Notes under the pieces: model-generated
The model's database searches: none
Seen by the model: only the letters and a program-made list of their open reading frames with translations
Told to the model about the DNA's origin: nothing
Part shown: in pieces, positions 1 to 11,024 of the stretch
Layout: the number at the start of each line of letters is the position of its first letter
Numbering within the stretch: position 1 is the first letter of the stretch
Assembly: GCA_030141605.1 (NCBI GenBank)
Contig: JAQGDQ010001212.1
Span: 1-55,105 of the forward strand
Reading direction: 5' to 3'
DNA: 55,105 nucleotides
Origin: Tubiluchus corallicola
Lineage: Eukaryota; Animalia; Priapulida
Position numbers and translations under genes: made by a program

Positions 1-381
1 TGACCAAATATTGGTTTTCCATGACCAAGATAAGCAGAAATTGCATTATCAGTATACATATTTAAACATATTTGTGTATGGACATTCATACATAAACTGA
101 AAATATATAATGTGTCAGCCAATCATTATTTCTGAAACAGAAATCGAAACTGGGAGCCTGCCATAGCAAAATTTTATTTGAAAACAAATCGCTGAAAAAT
201 ATGTTTGGAAAATATCAGTTCACAGTGATTATTTTTTCAACCCTTTTCAATTTCCTTGACTTTTCGACCCACTTTCATCATTTTCCCCGACTTTTTACCA
301 AATTATCTCTTTCCCTGATTTTTCCATGACTTTCCAGGATAGTCAATATTTTCCAGGATTATCCCTGACAGTGGTAACCCT
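1..381 (+). mobile_element. Non-autonomous DNA transposon, family A copy 1 (truncated by window start)
   Basis: Alignable by eye with 1923-2364 (reverse) and 34397-34850; internal tttccctgac-type repeats; ends gtggtaaccc. Confidence 0.7.
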
Positions 382-441
382 TACTCAAGACCATTTTCAA
401 GAGCAGCACAAAATGACAAAATACATGCAATAGTTACTAAC

Positions 442-514
442 AGGCACCGGTGACGTTCCATTTGTATAGAAGAAGCGTTCGTTATCGGGGCAATCTTCAA
501 TCATTGCTGGCCAC
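442..514 (-). pseudogene. Inverted duplicate of the ZCWPW1-like PWWP exon with intact splice sites
   Basis: Reverse complement of 1791-1863 (WPAMIEDCPDNERFFYTNGTSPVP), including tttttacag acceptor and gttagt donor. Confidence 0.8.
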
Positions 515-1790
515 CTGTAAAAACAAATGGTAAAACAGACTGTTGAGATAAACGAATGATGTGAAAGAACACATGATGACTAATTAGACAGAATGCTCAG
601 GTAGATGCAAAATGCACGAGCAATGCTTATCATTTTTCCTATACCTTCATATACTGACTCGATATTCATTATTATACAACTTAGCAAGGTACTAAGTCTT
701 GCTTTGATTCATCTCAGCCATTTCTATGCAGCTATTTGATAATTATTGCAAGTCACAACATGTGAGTAGCTTCATTGCAAATCTACCATGGAAGGTAACA
801 CATGCAAGAACCTAGCTAGCAGTAGTATTTATAGAGAAAATGTTTACTAAAGAGCTATAAATTTAACAGAAAACGTCTCAGTTGATAATAACAGTGCAGT
901 GAGATTAATTGTTAACAGTTACCATGGAAACCCATCCAGTCGAGCCCAAACAATAGATCCTTCAACAAATTTAGTATGAACAAAACACCTCTCATCCTTA
1001 TCATGCTCCTGTTCAGGTTTCTCACAAGTATTGTAGTTTTTGTCTGTAAAAGTAGTGAATTATTATTACAGGCTTGAGATTTTCTTGTGCGACAGCTTTA
1101 CTACTAACACTACTAACTCTGTTACCTATACTGTAGGCCTTTATCAGTTTTTTGTGTTAATGACTAGTTTTTCAAAAAAGACTACAAAATTGACACTACT
1201 AACTCTGTTACCTATACTGTAGGCCTTTATCAGTTTTTTGTGTTAATGACTACTTTTACAGACAAAAACTACAATACTTGTGAGAAACCTGAACAGGAGC
1301 ATGATAAGGATGAGAGGTGTTTTGTTCATACTAAATTTGTTGAAGGATCTATTGTTTGGGCTCGACTGGATGGGTTTCCATGGTAACTGTTAACAATTAA
1401 TCTCACTGCACTGTTATTATCAACTGAGACGTTTTCTGTTAAATTTATAGCTCTTTAGTAAACATTTTCTCTATAAATACTACTGCTAGCTAGGTTCTTG
1501 CATGTGTTACCTTCCATGGTAGATTTGCAATGAAGCTACTCACATGTTGTGACTTGCAATAATTATCAAATAGCTGCATAGAAATGGCTGAGATGAATCA
1601 AAGCAAGACTTAGTACCTTGCTAAGTTGTATAATAATGAATATCGAGTCAGTATATGAAGGTATAGGAAAAATGATAAGCATTGCTCGTGCATTTTGCAT
1701 CTACCTGAGCATTCTGTCTAATTAGTCATCATGTGTTCTTTCACATCATTCGTTTATCTCAACAGTCTGTTTTACCATTTGTTTTTACAG

Positions 1791-1863
1791 GTGGCCAGCA
1801 ATGATTGAAGATTGCCCCGATAACGAACGCTTCTTCTATACAAATGGAACGTCACCGGTGCCT
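1791..1863 (+). CDS. ZCWPW1: ZCWPW1-like, first visible exon (PWWP start)
   Basis: tttttacag|g TGG CCA GCA ATG ATT GAA GAT = (W)WPAMIEDCPD, like the WWPGMIESDPD PWWP motif of ZCWPW1; donor gttagt, phase 0. Confidence 0.8.
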
Positions 1864-1922
1864 GTTAGTAACTATTGCATGTATTTTGTCATTTTGTGCT
1901 GCTCTTGAAAATGGTCTTGAGT

Positions 1923-2364
1923 AAGGGTTACCACTGTCAGGGATAATCCTGGAAAATATTGACTATCCTGGAAAGTCATGGAAAAATCAGGGAAAAAGAT
2001 TATTTGGTAAAAAGTCAGGGAAAAAGTCATAATGAAAATGGGGTAAAAAGTCAGGGGGAAGTTGGAAAGGATTACAAAAATAATCACTGTGAACCGATAT
2101 TTTTCCAAAAATATTTTCAGTGATTCGTGTTGAAATAAAATTTTGCTATGGCAGGCTCCCAGTTTTCACTTCTGTTGAAAAATAGTGATTAGGGTGCACA
2201 TTATATATCAGTATATGTGATGAATGTCCATACACAAAAATGTTTAAATATGTATACTGATAATGCAATTTCTGCTTACCTTCGTCATGGAAAATCGATA
2301 TTTGGTCAGGGAAAAGTCATGAAAAAGTTGGGGAAATTTATCTTAAAATTCTGTGGGAACCCTG
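1923..2364 (-). mobile_element. Non-autonomous DNA transposon, family A copy 2
   Basis: Termini agggttaccac ... gtgggaaccctg form imperfect TIRs; homologous to 1-381 and 34397-34850; no clear TSD. Confidence 0.7.
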
Positions 2365-2396
2365 GCTCTTATTTTAGAGAAACTAGATTAAAACTC

Positions 2397-3582
2397 CTAC
2401 ACAATGAAGGTTCCAACACTACACAATGAAAGTTCCAACACTGCACAATGAAGGCTCCAACACTGCACAATGAAGGTTCCAACACTACACAATGAAGGTT
2501 GCAACACTACACAGTGAAAGTTCCAACACTGCACAATGAAGGCTCCAACACTGCACAATGAAGGTTCCAACACTGCACAATGAAGGTTCCAACACTGCAC
2601 AGTGAAGGTTCCAACACTGCACAATGAAGGTTCCAACACTGCACAATGAAGGTTCCAACACTGCACAGTGAAGGTTCCAACACTGCACAATGAAGGTTCC
2701 ACCACTGCACAATGAAGGTTCCAACACTGCACAATGAAGGTTCCAGCATTGCATAATGAAGGTTCCAACACTGCACAATGAAGGTTCCAGCACTGCACAA
2801 TGAAGGTTCCAACACAGCACAATGAAGGCTCCAACACTGCACAATGAAGGTTCCAACACTACTCAATGAAGGCCCCAACACTGCACAATGAAGGTTCCAA
2901 CACTACACAATGACGGTTCCAACACTGCACAATGAAGGTTCCAACACTACACGATGAAGGTTCCAACACTACAGAATGAAGGTTCCAACACTACACAATG
3001 AAGGTTCCAACACTGCACAATGAAGGTTCCAACACTACAGAATGAAGGTCCCAACACTGCACAATGAAGGTTCCAACACTACACAATGAAGGTTCCAACA
3101 CTACACAATGAAGGTTCCAACACTACACAATGAAGGTTCCAACACCACAGAATGAAGGTTCCAACACCGCACAATGAAGGTTCCAACACTACACAAGGAA
3201 GGTTCCAACACTACACAATGAAGGTTCCAACACTACACAGTGAAGGTTCCAACACTACACAATGAAGGTTCCAACACTACACAATGAAGGTTCCAACACT
3301 ACACAAGGAAGGTTCTAACACTACACAATGAAGGTTCCAACACTACACAATGAAGGTTCCAACACTACACAGTGAAGGTTCCAACACTAGACAATGAAGG
3401 TTCCAACACTACACAATGAAGGTTCCAACACTACACAATGAAGGTTCCAACACTACACAATGAAGGTTCCAACACTAGACAATGAAGGTTCCAACACTAC
3501 ACAATGAAGGTTCCAACACTACACAGTGAAGGTTCCAACACTAGACAATGAAGGTTCCAACACTACACAATGAAAGTTGCAA
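2397..3582. repeat. 22-bp minisatellite, about 54 copies
   Basis: Unit cactacacaatgaaggttccaa; ctgca variant dominates the 5' half and ctaca the 3' half. Confidence 0.97.
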
Positions 3583-3806
3583 ATACCTTTGTTAAAAAAT
3601 CTCATACATTTTGCTTGCTGTAGTAAAACAAATCTACTTATAGACAAACTATGAAAGAGAAATGGGTACATTAAAACTACACTTCCATTTAGGAGAAATT
3701 TGTTTGACTAAAACTCTATTAAAACAGCTTTGCCTGACTCATTCAGTGGGCAGATCTATAACAGAATCCATTAACACATTCTATGTATATTTGAAGAGCA
3801 GGACTA

Positions 3807-4204
3807 CAGTGTTCCTGGAACGGAACACCTGCGATAAGTGAATTTCCGCGAAGTAGGGATGCTATACTTATTTGCGGGCGCAAGTACTACATTTCGTTTT
3901 TGGTGTGTATTCATCCGCCGAATAAATACACTATTTACTGTAAATGGTAATTTTTTATGATTTATGATATTCTTTTAATGTTAGAATTAATATTTCTAAT
4001 ATGTTTTTATACATTTTGATGCAAAATTCATCAGATCTGCACATTACTGTACAATACGTACTACGCACGTGCAAAAATGCTTTAGATGGACTACCGCAAA
4101 AACCCACGAAACAGCGAAAATACCGCGATAAATGTTTTACATTAATATTTTTGAAAACCCTCGAAACAGCGATAAATGAACCGCGAAGTAGCGAGGGAAC
4201 ACTG
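3807..4204. mobile_element. Tc1/mariner (pogo/Tigger-like) MITE, family B copy 1
   Basis: ta|cagtgttcc ... gggaacactg TIRs; right end nearly identical to 9150-9211. Confidence 0.75.
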
Positions 4205-4283
4205 TTTTTGTATTCTTGACTGTATCATATTAAACGCCTTTGATAAAAACTCTATCGGTATGCCATGTTTCAGCTCTGTAGTT

Positions 4284-4693
4284 CAGGGGTGTGCGAACTG
4301 CGACCCGCAGGCCACTTGCGGCCGCGAAGAGGTTTGTCAACGTAATGAAAGTGCGGCCCACGCGATCCAGCTGAAGTCTGTGCCAATATCGCAAAGATAG
4401 TGCGGGTAGTTTTTTTCTCTAGATCGGATGGCGTTAACCCTTACAAGACCGTTATCACTTAATGTCACTGTCGGACATGATGAAATATATGGTTTTTAAT
4501 ATAAATTTTAATAACTTCTAAAATAGTTTCTTGAGTGTAGTAGTGCAGTAGTAATGATGTGCGCAAATCGGTTGCAAAAAAATCGTTATTAGGTCTTTCT
4601 GTACTTGGCTCCTTGACCAAACTGCCTGTGGCCCACAAGAATTGCGGGAAAGTTTAATGTGGCCCGGCTAGTCAGATAATTTGCTCACCCCAG
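4284..4693 (+). mobile_element. hAT (Charlie-like) MITE, family C copy 1
   Basis: caggggtgtgc ... gctcaccccag TIRs; exact 8-bp TSD ctgtagtt; homologous to 17708-18207 and 20446-20928. Confidence 0.88.
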
Positions 4694-4848
4694 CTGTAGT
4701 TGCAAAGGCATAAAGAAACAGGCCTTTCAATCTTTTCTAATAATGTAAATTCTGCAAGTTTTTGGACTAGTTGCTTCTGTTTGCTTGTGTATGAGAGAGC
4801 TGTCATGGTTTATTGAGCTATAATTGCTACATTGATTGTTTTTCATAG

Positions 4849-4956
4849 ATTTGGTTTCACGTGGTGTTTTTTGATGAGAAAGTAACTAGAGCGTGGATAA
4901 GAGGCCATGATGTTAAAGTATTTACTGGGCATGAGACAGAGGCAGTCTGCGGACCT
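4849..4956 (+). CDS. ZCWPW1: ZCWPW1-like exon (PWWP core)
   Basis: tttcatag|IWFHVVFFDEKVTRAWIRGHDVKVFTGHETEAVCGP|gtaagt; matches the HVxFFxExVxRAWI pattern; phase 0/0. Confidence 0.85.
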
Positions 4957-5882
4957 GTAAGTTTAGATTTAGATTTAGATTTAATATTTTATTTCAAACT
5001 TCACAAAGTTCATATACACATCACAAATTAATACAATAAATCATGACACACAACAATAACACAAATAACAATTAACGATATAACAAACTACGCCAATGAC
5101 ATCTAATTACAGAAGTAAAGTTTGCATCACTGTTTAAAATGTTCTTGCATATAAAATTTTCACTCTTATTCAGCCTGACGTGTAAACTGTATGCACATTT
5201 TCTGTGAATCACATCAAAATAAATAATATTAAGTCTAGTAGAAATATATCTAGCGCTCGTATCATATGAAAAGTTAAACAGTTAAAAAGTTAATAAGTGA
5301 GAATTTGGGAAAGTTTTTTATTGTCACACTGTATTTAGTACTGGAGTTGATTAAATTAAATTCCTGAGCCAATTTTTGTACCGTTATTTATTCTCAAGCA
5401 CCTGTTATCAGGCAAAATTAGTTCCTATATTGTACAATATTGCTGAAACACCAGCAAAGCATAAACGTTGAGCTAATTAAACTACAGATTACAGGAGTTC
5501 AGTTTGGGTTACAGTATTGCTGAAACATCACCAAAGCGTAAATGTTGTACTAATTAATGTAATTACAGTAAACTACAGATTACAGGAATTCGGTTTGGGT
5601 TACGCGATAATTCGAGTCACAGACTTCTAGTTACTCTATGTTTGGCAAAGAGAAAAATAAAAGGGAAAATCGAGATACGCAAGAATTCGAGTTGTAACAG
5701 GTTGAGTTGTACTGTATTTTGCTTCGTAATACTTACTTCTTGAAATGGATTCAGCCTCTTCTTTTGTCGACGGTTCAAAAATACTTAATCCAGCTGCAGT
5801 GTTCCCAAGTATCAACTGAAGCTTTGATATTTAACAATGTGGAACTGGTTTTGAGTTAAACTGTTACCATCTGCTATGTTCT

Positions 5883-6470
5883 TGTATAATAATTACGCTG
5901 TTTATGTTACTAATGCATTTTAAAAACAGAACGATGCAATATTTACGGTTTGCATACATCAGATTAGCTAAAAAAGTTACAGATAAAGTGAAAATTGGCA
6001 TTAGCAAATTAAAAAAATCGTCGTTAAAGTGAAACGCTGTGGCTTTAAGTGAAATGGTGCGGCGTTAAGTGAAACGGTGCAATGTTAAGTGAAACGGTGC
6101 GGCGTTAAGGGAAACTATGCAATGTTAAGGGAAACGGTGCAACGTTAAGTGAAACGGTGCGGCGTTAAGTGAAACGGTGCAGCGTTAAGTGAAACGGTGC
6201 GGCGTTAAGTGAAACGGTACGGCGATAAGTGAAACGGTGCAACGTTAAGTGAAACGGTGCAATGTTAAGTGAAACGGTGCGGCGTTAAGTGAAACTATGC
6301 AACGTTAAGTGAAACGGTGCAGCGTTAAGTGAAACTATGCAACGTTAAGTGAAACGGTGCAACGTTAAATGAAACGGTGTGGCGTTAAGTGAAAAAAACA
6401 TTGCAAATGTCCAGCATCGTTAAAACGAAACACCGCTAAACGGGGAGTTGTTAAGCGATGGCTTACTGCA
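5883..6470 (+). mobile_element. Tc1/mariner-like MITE arm, family D, carrying an amplified subterminal repeat
   Basis: Diverged homology to the reverse complement of 52697-52912, including terminus gttgttaagcgatggcttactg. Confidence 0.6.
6020..6394. repeat. 20-bp minisatellite, about 19 copies
   Basis: Unit gcggcgttaagtgaaacggt. Confidence 0.95.
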
Positions 6471-6570
6471 TTTAATTCACTGTCTGCTTGATAAAGTTGC
6501 TTTATATATTGTTTTTTAAACTCTAATCTCTGCTCACTGCAATGAATATTCAAGAAAAAGAATATTTTAG

Positions 6571-6760
6571 GCTGTATTTCATGGAAAAGACTATAGAAAG
6601 ACCATTGCTGTTGCAAAGCAAAGAGCCACAAGGGCAATGGGATTAGTGTCTATGGAGGATCGCATTCGACAGTACGGATTTGCCGTGCGTTTCCATGGTT
6701 ACTGGGGTTTGGGTCCACTTTCTCAAGAATCATGCAATAGCGTGTCAAATGAAGAACAAA
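6571..6760 (+). CDS. ZCWPW1: ZCWPW1-like exon (post-PWWP helices)
   Basis: attttag|AVFHGKDYRKTIAVAKQRATRAMGLVSMEDRIRQYGFAVRFHGYW...EEQ+a|gtaagt; SMEDRIRQYGFAVRF resembles SIQERVNLFGFWSRF of vertebrate ZCWPW1 (from memory). Confidence 0.8.
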
Positions 6761-7552
6761 GTAAGTTGTAAATTATTTGCAATTCTGCATCATGTTCAGC
6801 ATCAGCAGCCCTTTACTTATTGCTGTTAAAGCAAAACCTGACACAATCTTAAACTGTATGTCAAAACAATCTACTCTTTAAAATACCCAAAGGAAACATA
6901 CTATTTTTTTCAAAAATAACACAGGTGAAAGAGTTATTACCACACAAACACAATTTCACGTTCACACCGCTAGTTCATCGCTGTTACATGCATTTCGCCA
7001 TTGGCTAGTTACATGGGCACTAGCGCCTGCATTTCGGAAATGCATTGTACGAAAACAGGTGCTGTACTTCTCACTTTAGATGTGTAAGTTTGTGCCGAAC
7101 TATACACGTTTGATGGCTTATGCGTGAGCACAGCGGTAAATTTGAAATTTCATCTTAAAACTTGCCTAGTTTTAGTACAACACACTGAATCTCTTACAGT
7201 AGCACTGTACTTTAATTTTTGCTTTCACAAACACGTGCAACACGCTCGCGGAATATTTTTGCTGTTGAAAATTATGTTAGTTTGTGATGTCATCAATAAT
7301 AGGGCTCGCCCTCCGTTTATTAAGATTTTAATCGATCATTTAATTATCAGAAATGGTTTTTGCAGTATTAGTTGTGTTAAAATGTATACTTTTATCGGAC
7401 TTGAAAATGGAGTAATAGATGAAAAATCATCCTGTCTTTCTTTAATTTAGAGAACTAAAACTTCACGTGATTTTAGTGGAATTCTTATTTGATTGCTTCA
7501 AATCTATTTTATCGTTTTTATGTATTTGCACCACGCAGATTTAAAGAAACTT

Positions 7553-8100
7553 TTTTATTTATTTTTTATATTTTTTATTATTATTATCACATTCAGTACA
7601 ATATAATGACATTAAGCACACAGTGACATCAAAATTATTACATCATACTGTATTAAATTGTTATGTTTCATACACTATCGTTATGATAAAAGAATAATTG
7701 TACTGCAGTGGGGCTAGAGAAGCAAAGGCTTGTATAAGCCCACTGTCATGTGAACCCGATAAAAAAAGAATGGATGAGTGAACAAAAAAAAAGAACTGGG
7801 AGAAAGGTTAGATCACACAGGAAGGGTAGAAGGATGTGTTAGTGGAAATGGTAGAAAGAAAGATAATAGATTGCGCTATGTTGACATCAGCTCTAAAGAT
7901 TTATCAATGATGCCTTGTTTTGCATAATCTGTACCAGGATTGTGATATGACTGCTGCAGTAGGTGTGGGAAATTAGGAAATTCCAGATGTAGTTTTATGA
8001 ATTTGTATCGAGTTTATTGTCTCAGGTGTCAGTAACAGCAGCCATTGTTGGTTAATTAGATTAATTTTAAAATCTAAATTGTTTCATTCTTTTAAATTTG
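7553..8100 (-). mobile_element. Decayed LINE 3' fragment
   Basis: Minus strand contains QIMQNKA (LINE RT C-terminal-like) and ends in an (aat)n/A-rich tail; boundaries approximate. Confidence 0.4.
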
Positions 8101-8168
8101 ATATTGGTTATCAAATTTATTAAGATTGAGTAAAAGCTAGTATACACTTACAATTGCCATTGGATGCT

Positions 8169-8513
8169 CAGGGCCTATTTCAGCCTAGGCGAGGCCCGGG
8201 GAAGTGGGGCATGTGAGGCCCCATGGGGGGCGAAGCGCCGTGGGGCCGGCACTACCATGGTTGGCGCCCAGAAAATTTTTGAACTGCTAGAACGCCAGAG
8301 AAGCATTTTCGAAGAGAAAATATGGAAAGAAAAACTGCTTTATTTTCAAGACCAGTCCTTAATACTTGTCAATACTGGTAAACGGCGCGTGTGCGGCAAG
8401 AGAGAGAGAGAAAGAGAAAGAGAGAGAGAGAGAGAGAAAGAGAAAGAGAAAGAGAAAGAGAGAGAGAGAGAGAGAAAGAGAAAGAGAAAGACAGGAAGAG
8501 AGAGAGAGAGAGA

Positions 8514-8608
<95 letters not shown>

Positions 8609-8716
8609 GCAGTATGTTCGCATAAAGCAAAAAAAATGTTACCTTGGCACAAGGCCCCCCTGGAGGGTGAGACCCCGGGGAAGTATCCCCACTTCCTCCC
8701 CTTTAAATAGGTCCTG
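8169..8716 (+). mobile_element. hAT-type MITE, family E, with internal GA microsatellite
   Basis: cagggcctattt ... aaataggtcctg TIRs; 8-bp TSD tggatgct/tggatgca; shares subterminal sequence with 19184-19659. Confidence 0.82.
8399..8625. repeat. (GA)n/(GAGAAA)n microsatellite
   Basis: Directly visible; source of six spurious ORFs. Confidence 0.97.
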
Positions 8717-8809
8717 TGGATGCAGAGAGCCAAAGAATCCTTGCAGGCATTTTTTCTTATTTCAAGTCGTATAAGATGGTAGGTATAATATCAATATTAT
8801 TACAATGTA

Positions 8810-9211
8810 CAGTGTTCCCTCACTTATCGCGGGTGTTCCCTCACTTATCGCGGGTGTTCCCTCACTTATCGTGGGTATTCCGTTCCAGGCCCACCCTCGG
8901 TAACTGAATTTCCATGAAGTATTAACGCTATACTTATTTTAGTAGTTATACATTATTTTAAATCTTTATAAACCCTCCCCACACTCTTATACATAACCTT
9001 TCTCATTCCCTTAGTAACTTTTCCCATACTGTACATGTACCTTTTAAAAACTTTACGTAAATGTTCATAATCAATCAACCAATCGTGTGTTGTGTACAAT
9101 CTCACATCGGCAAGTAGCATCTCAAGCAAAAATACTTTAGACGGAGCAGCGCAAAACCTGCGAAACAGCGAGTCCGCGATAAACGAACCGCGAAGTAGCG
9201 AGGGAACACTG
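8810..9211. mobile_element. Tc1/mariner MITE, family B copy 2
   Basis: ta|cagtgttccctc ... gagggaacactg|ta; TA on both sides; 21-bp left-TIR segment triplicated. Confidence 0.85.
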
Positions 9212-9297
9212 TAGTAAAAAAACAGTTACGGACAAAACGGCCTTTGCTGCCCTCAAACTGTTGAGTTTTTAAAATCATCACAACTTTCTTTCTTTAG

Positions 9298-9387
9298 CTC
9301 AAAAATCACAAAGAAGCCAAAGCCAGAAGAAGAGAAGCCAGAAAACAAACGACCTGAAGCCTACACCAAGAGCAAATAAAGCATCTG
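9298..9387 (+). CDS. ZCWPW1: ZCWPW1-like exon (basic linker)
   Basis: tctttag|(T)QKSQRSQSQKKRSQKTNDLKPTPRANKAS|gtaatt; 90 nt, phase 1/1, open in the required frame. Confidence 0.72.
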
Positions 9388-9937
9388 GTAATTTAAATGT
9401 TTTACCGTCAGTTACATGTTTTTGGTGCTTACTCACATAAATAAATACGTAGATTGATCTTTTCCACTCAGAACAAGCCTTATAAAACTAGTTAGTCAAA
9501 GAAAGTGCACATTAATCGCTCGCACTTGATCACAAATAACGTGAAGGTAAAAATATTTTTTGGAATTTTTTTCACTCAGATTGAGGAATTCATTATCGTA
9601 TCTGATACAAAAGAAATTTGTTTAAATCCATGATGTAACATATATGTAATACAAATTTTTTTGAAATACCTGTTTCCAGAAATTTCCCAAATTTTTCATT
9701 ACGATTTCCGAAATCTACGTTAAAAATAGCACTAGTAACAATTTTTTGACATTTTTTAAAAAAATCCCGTAGCGAAGGGTTAAATTTAATATAAACAAAT
9801 CATCATATTGATTATTTGATGTATGATCATTTATTATTGTTTACGTATGATCATTTCGCATATTATTGTTTACTATTTATTTTTAATTAGTTAATTGATT
9901 AATCTCTAAATGCGTAACTACATTTTTCAATTCTCAG

Positions 9938-10063
9938 TGAAACAATTTGATTTTCTGGAAGATGATGACATGTGTAATCTTCTGGATGATGCTGACCACT
10001 TATTAAACAATGTTGAACTGCTATTGGACACGATGGACATGTCCAGCGAATCCGATGACCATG
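9938..10063 (+). CDS. ZCWPW1: ZCWPW1-like exon (acidic, Leu-rich helix)
   Basis: ttctcag|(V)KQFDFLEDDDMCNLLDDADHLLNNVELLLDTMDMSSESDDH|gtaatt; 126 nt, phase 1/1. Confidence 0.75.
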
Positions 10064-10154
10064 GTAATTATAATTGTAGCCATAATGTGGGACAGTAAGT
10101 GCCCAGTTAATGTAGTAATGTGTTCTAGTAAAACGGGCTGTTAAGCAAATCGTG

Positions 10155-10229
10155 TTTAAATGAAGCCACACTTTTTAAATGAAGCCACACTTTTTAAATG
10201 AAGCCACACTTTTAAATGAAGCCACACTT
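10155..10229. repeat. Short tandem repeat of about 21 bp, about 3.5 copies
   Basis: tttaaatgaagccacacttt repeated. Confidence 0.85.
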
Positions 10230-10286
10230 CAATAGAAATTGTAATGAAAATAGATTCCAAGTTTTAATGGTATTTGGTTAAAAACT

Positions 10287-10683
10287 GAATAACGTCTGAC
10301 TCATGTTAATCAAACAAGCCAGCTGGCTGATAGTGATTTGATTGACCAGACACTCAGACAGGCAGAGATTTCCAAATTTTCTCCTTGAATAACGTCTGAC
10401 TCATGTAAATCAAACAAGCCAGCTGGCTGATAGTGATTCGATTGACCAGACATACAGACAGGCAGAGATTTCCAAATTTGCTCCTTGAATAACGTCTGAG
10501 TCATGTAAATCAAACAAGCCAGCTGGCTGATAGTGATTCGATTGACCAGACACACAGACAGGCAGAGATTTCCAAATTTGCTCCTTGAATAACGTCTGAC
10601 TCATGTAAATCAAACAAGCCAGCTGGCTGATAGTGATTTGATTGAGCAGACACAGACAGGCAGAGATTTTCTAAATTTGCTCC
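10287..10683. repeat. 100-bp tandem repeat, about 4 copies
   Basis: tgaataacgtctgactcatgtaaatcaaacaagccagctggctg... recurs every 100 nt; contains palindrome agccagctggct. Confidence 0.93.
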
Positions 10684-11024
10684 ATCATTTGCTAGATCAT
10701 TGTCCGAAGTACTACATTTTTATCTTTTTCACCTCAGTAGCTTTCGAGGAGATACTCTTTGAAGCCAAAAAAGTACCTGTTAGAAGTTTTTTGCTCATTG
10801 TTACCATGGTTACCATGGTTTTCTGCACAACTAGAGCTCAGACCCACCCATCTAGCATTAACTTGTGCTATATCAGTGCTTTCAACAGTATAAGTGCGAT
10901 GAAGGAACCATATAAATGTGTACCGGCTGACGAGAACTGGCGATGCATGGTGCTTGTGCCACATTTGTATACAGCCTCTTTCTGCATCTAACAGCCTGTC
11001 TGCTAACAAAAAAACACATTAAAT

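Larger units (their letters stand above)
310..1995. repeat. Long inverted duplication: arms 310-1056 and 1249-1995 (747 bp), spacer about 190 bp
   Basis: Arms read as reverse complements with constant coordinate sum 2305; no mismatch noticed by eye; identity falls off outside 310/1995. Confidence 0.92.

Noticed and set aside
2397-2881. Cys-rich repetitive ORFs (VQCWNLHCAVLEPSLCS)
   Set aside because: The same peptide cycles through all three frames because the unit is 22 bp; artefact of the minisatellite.
2397-3582. CRISPR-like regularity in this and the other tandem arrays
   Set aside because: Units are head-to-tail with no unique spacers, no cas genes are present, and the context is spliceosomal.
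8164-8774. RE/SL dipeptide ORFs
   Set aside because: Translations of a GA microsatellite inside a MITE.
10738-10991. Possible extra ZCWPW1 exon after cacctcag (VAFEEILFEAKK)
   Set aside because: Good acceptor, but I found no convincing phase-1 donor to rejoin 11503; the flanking exons already splice in frame.
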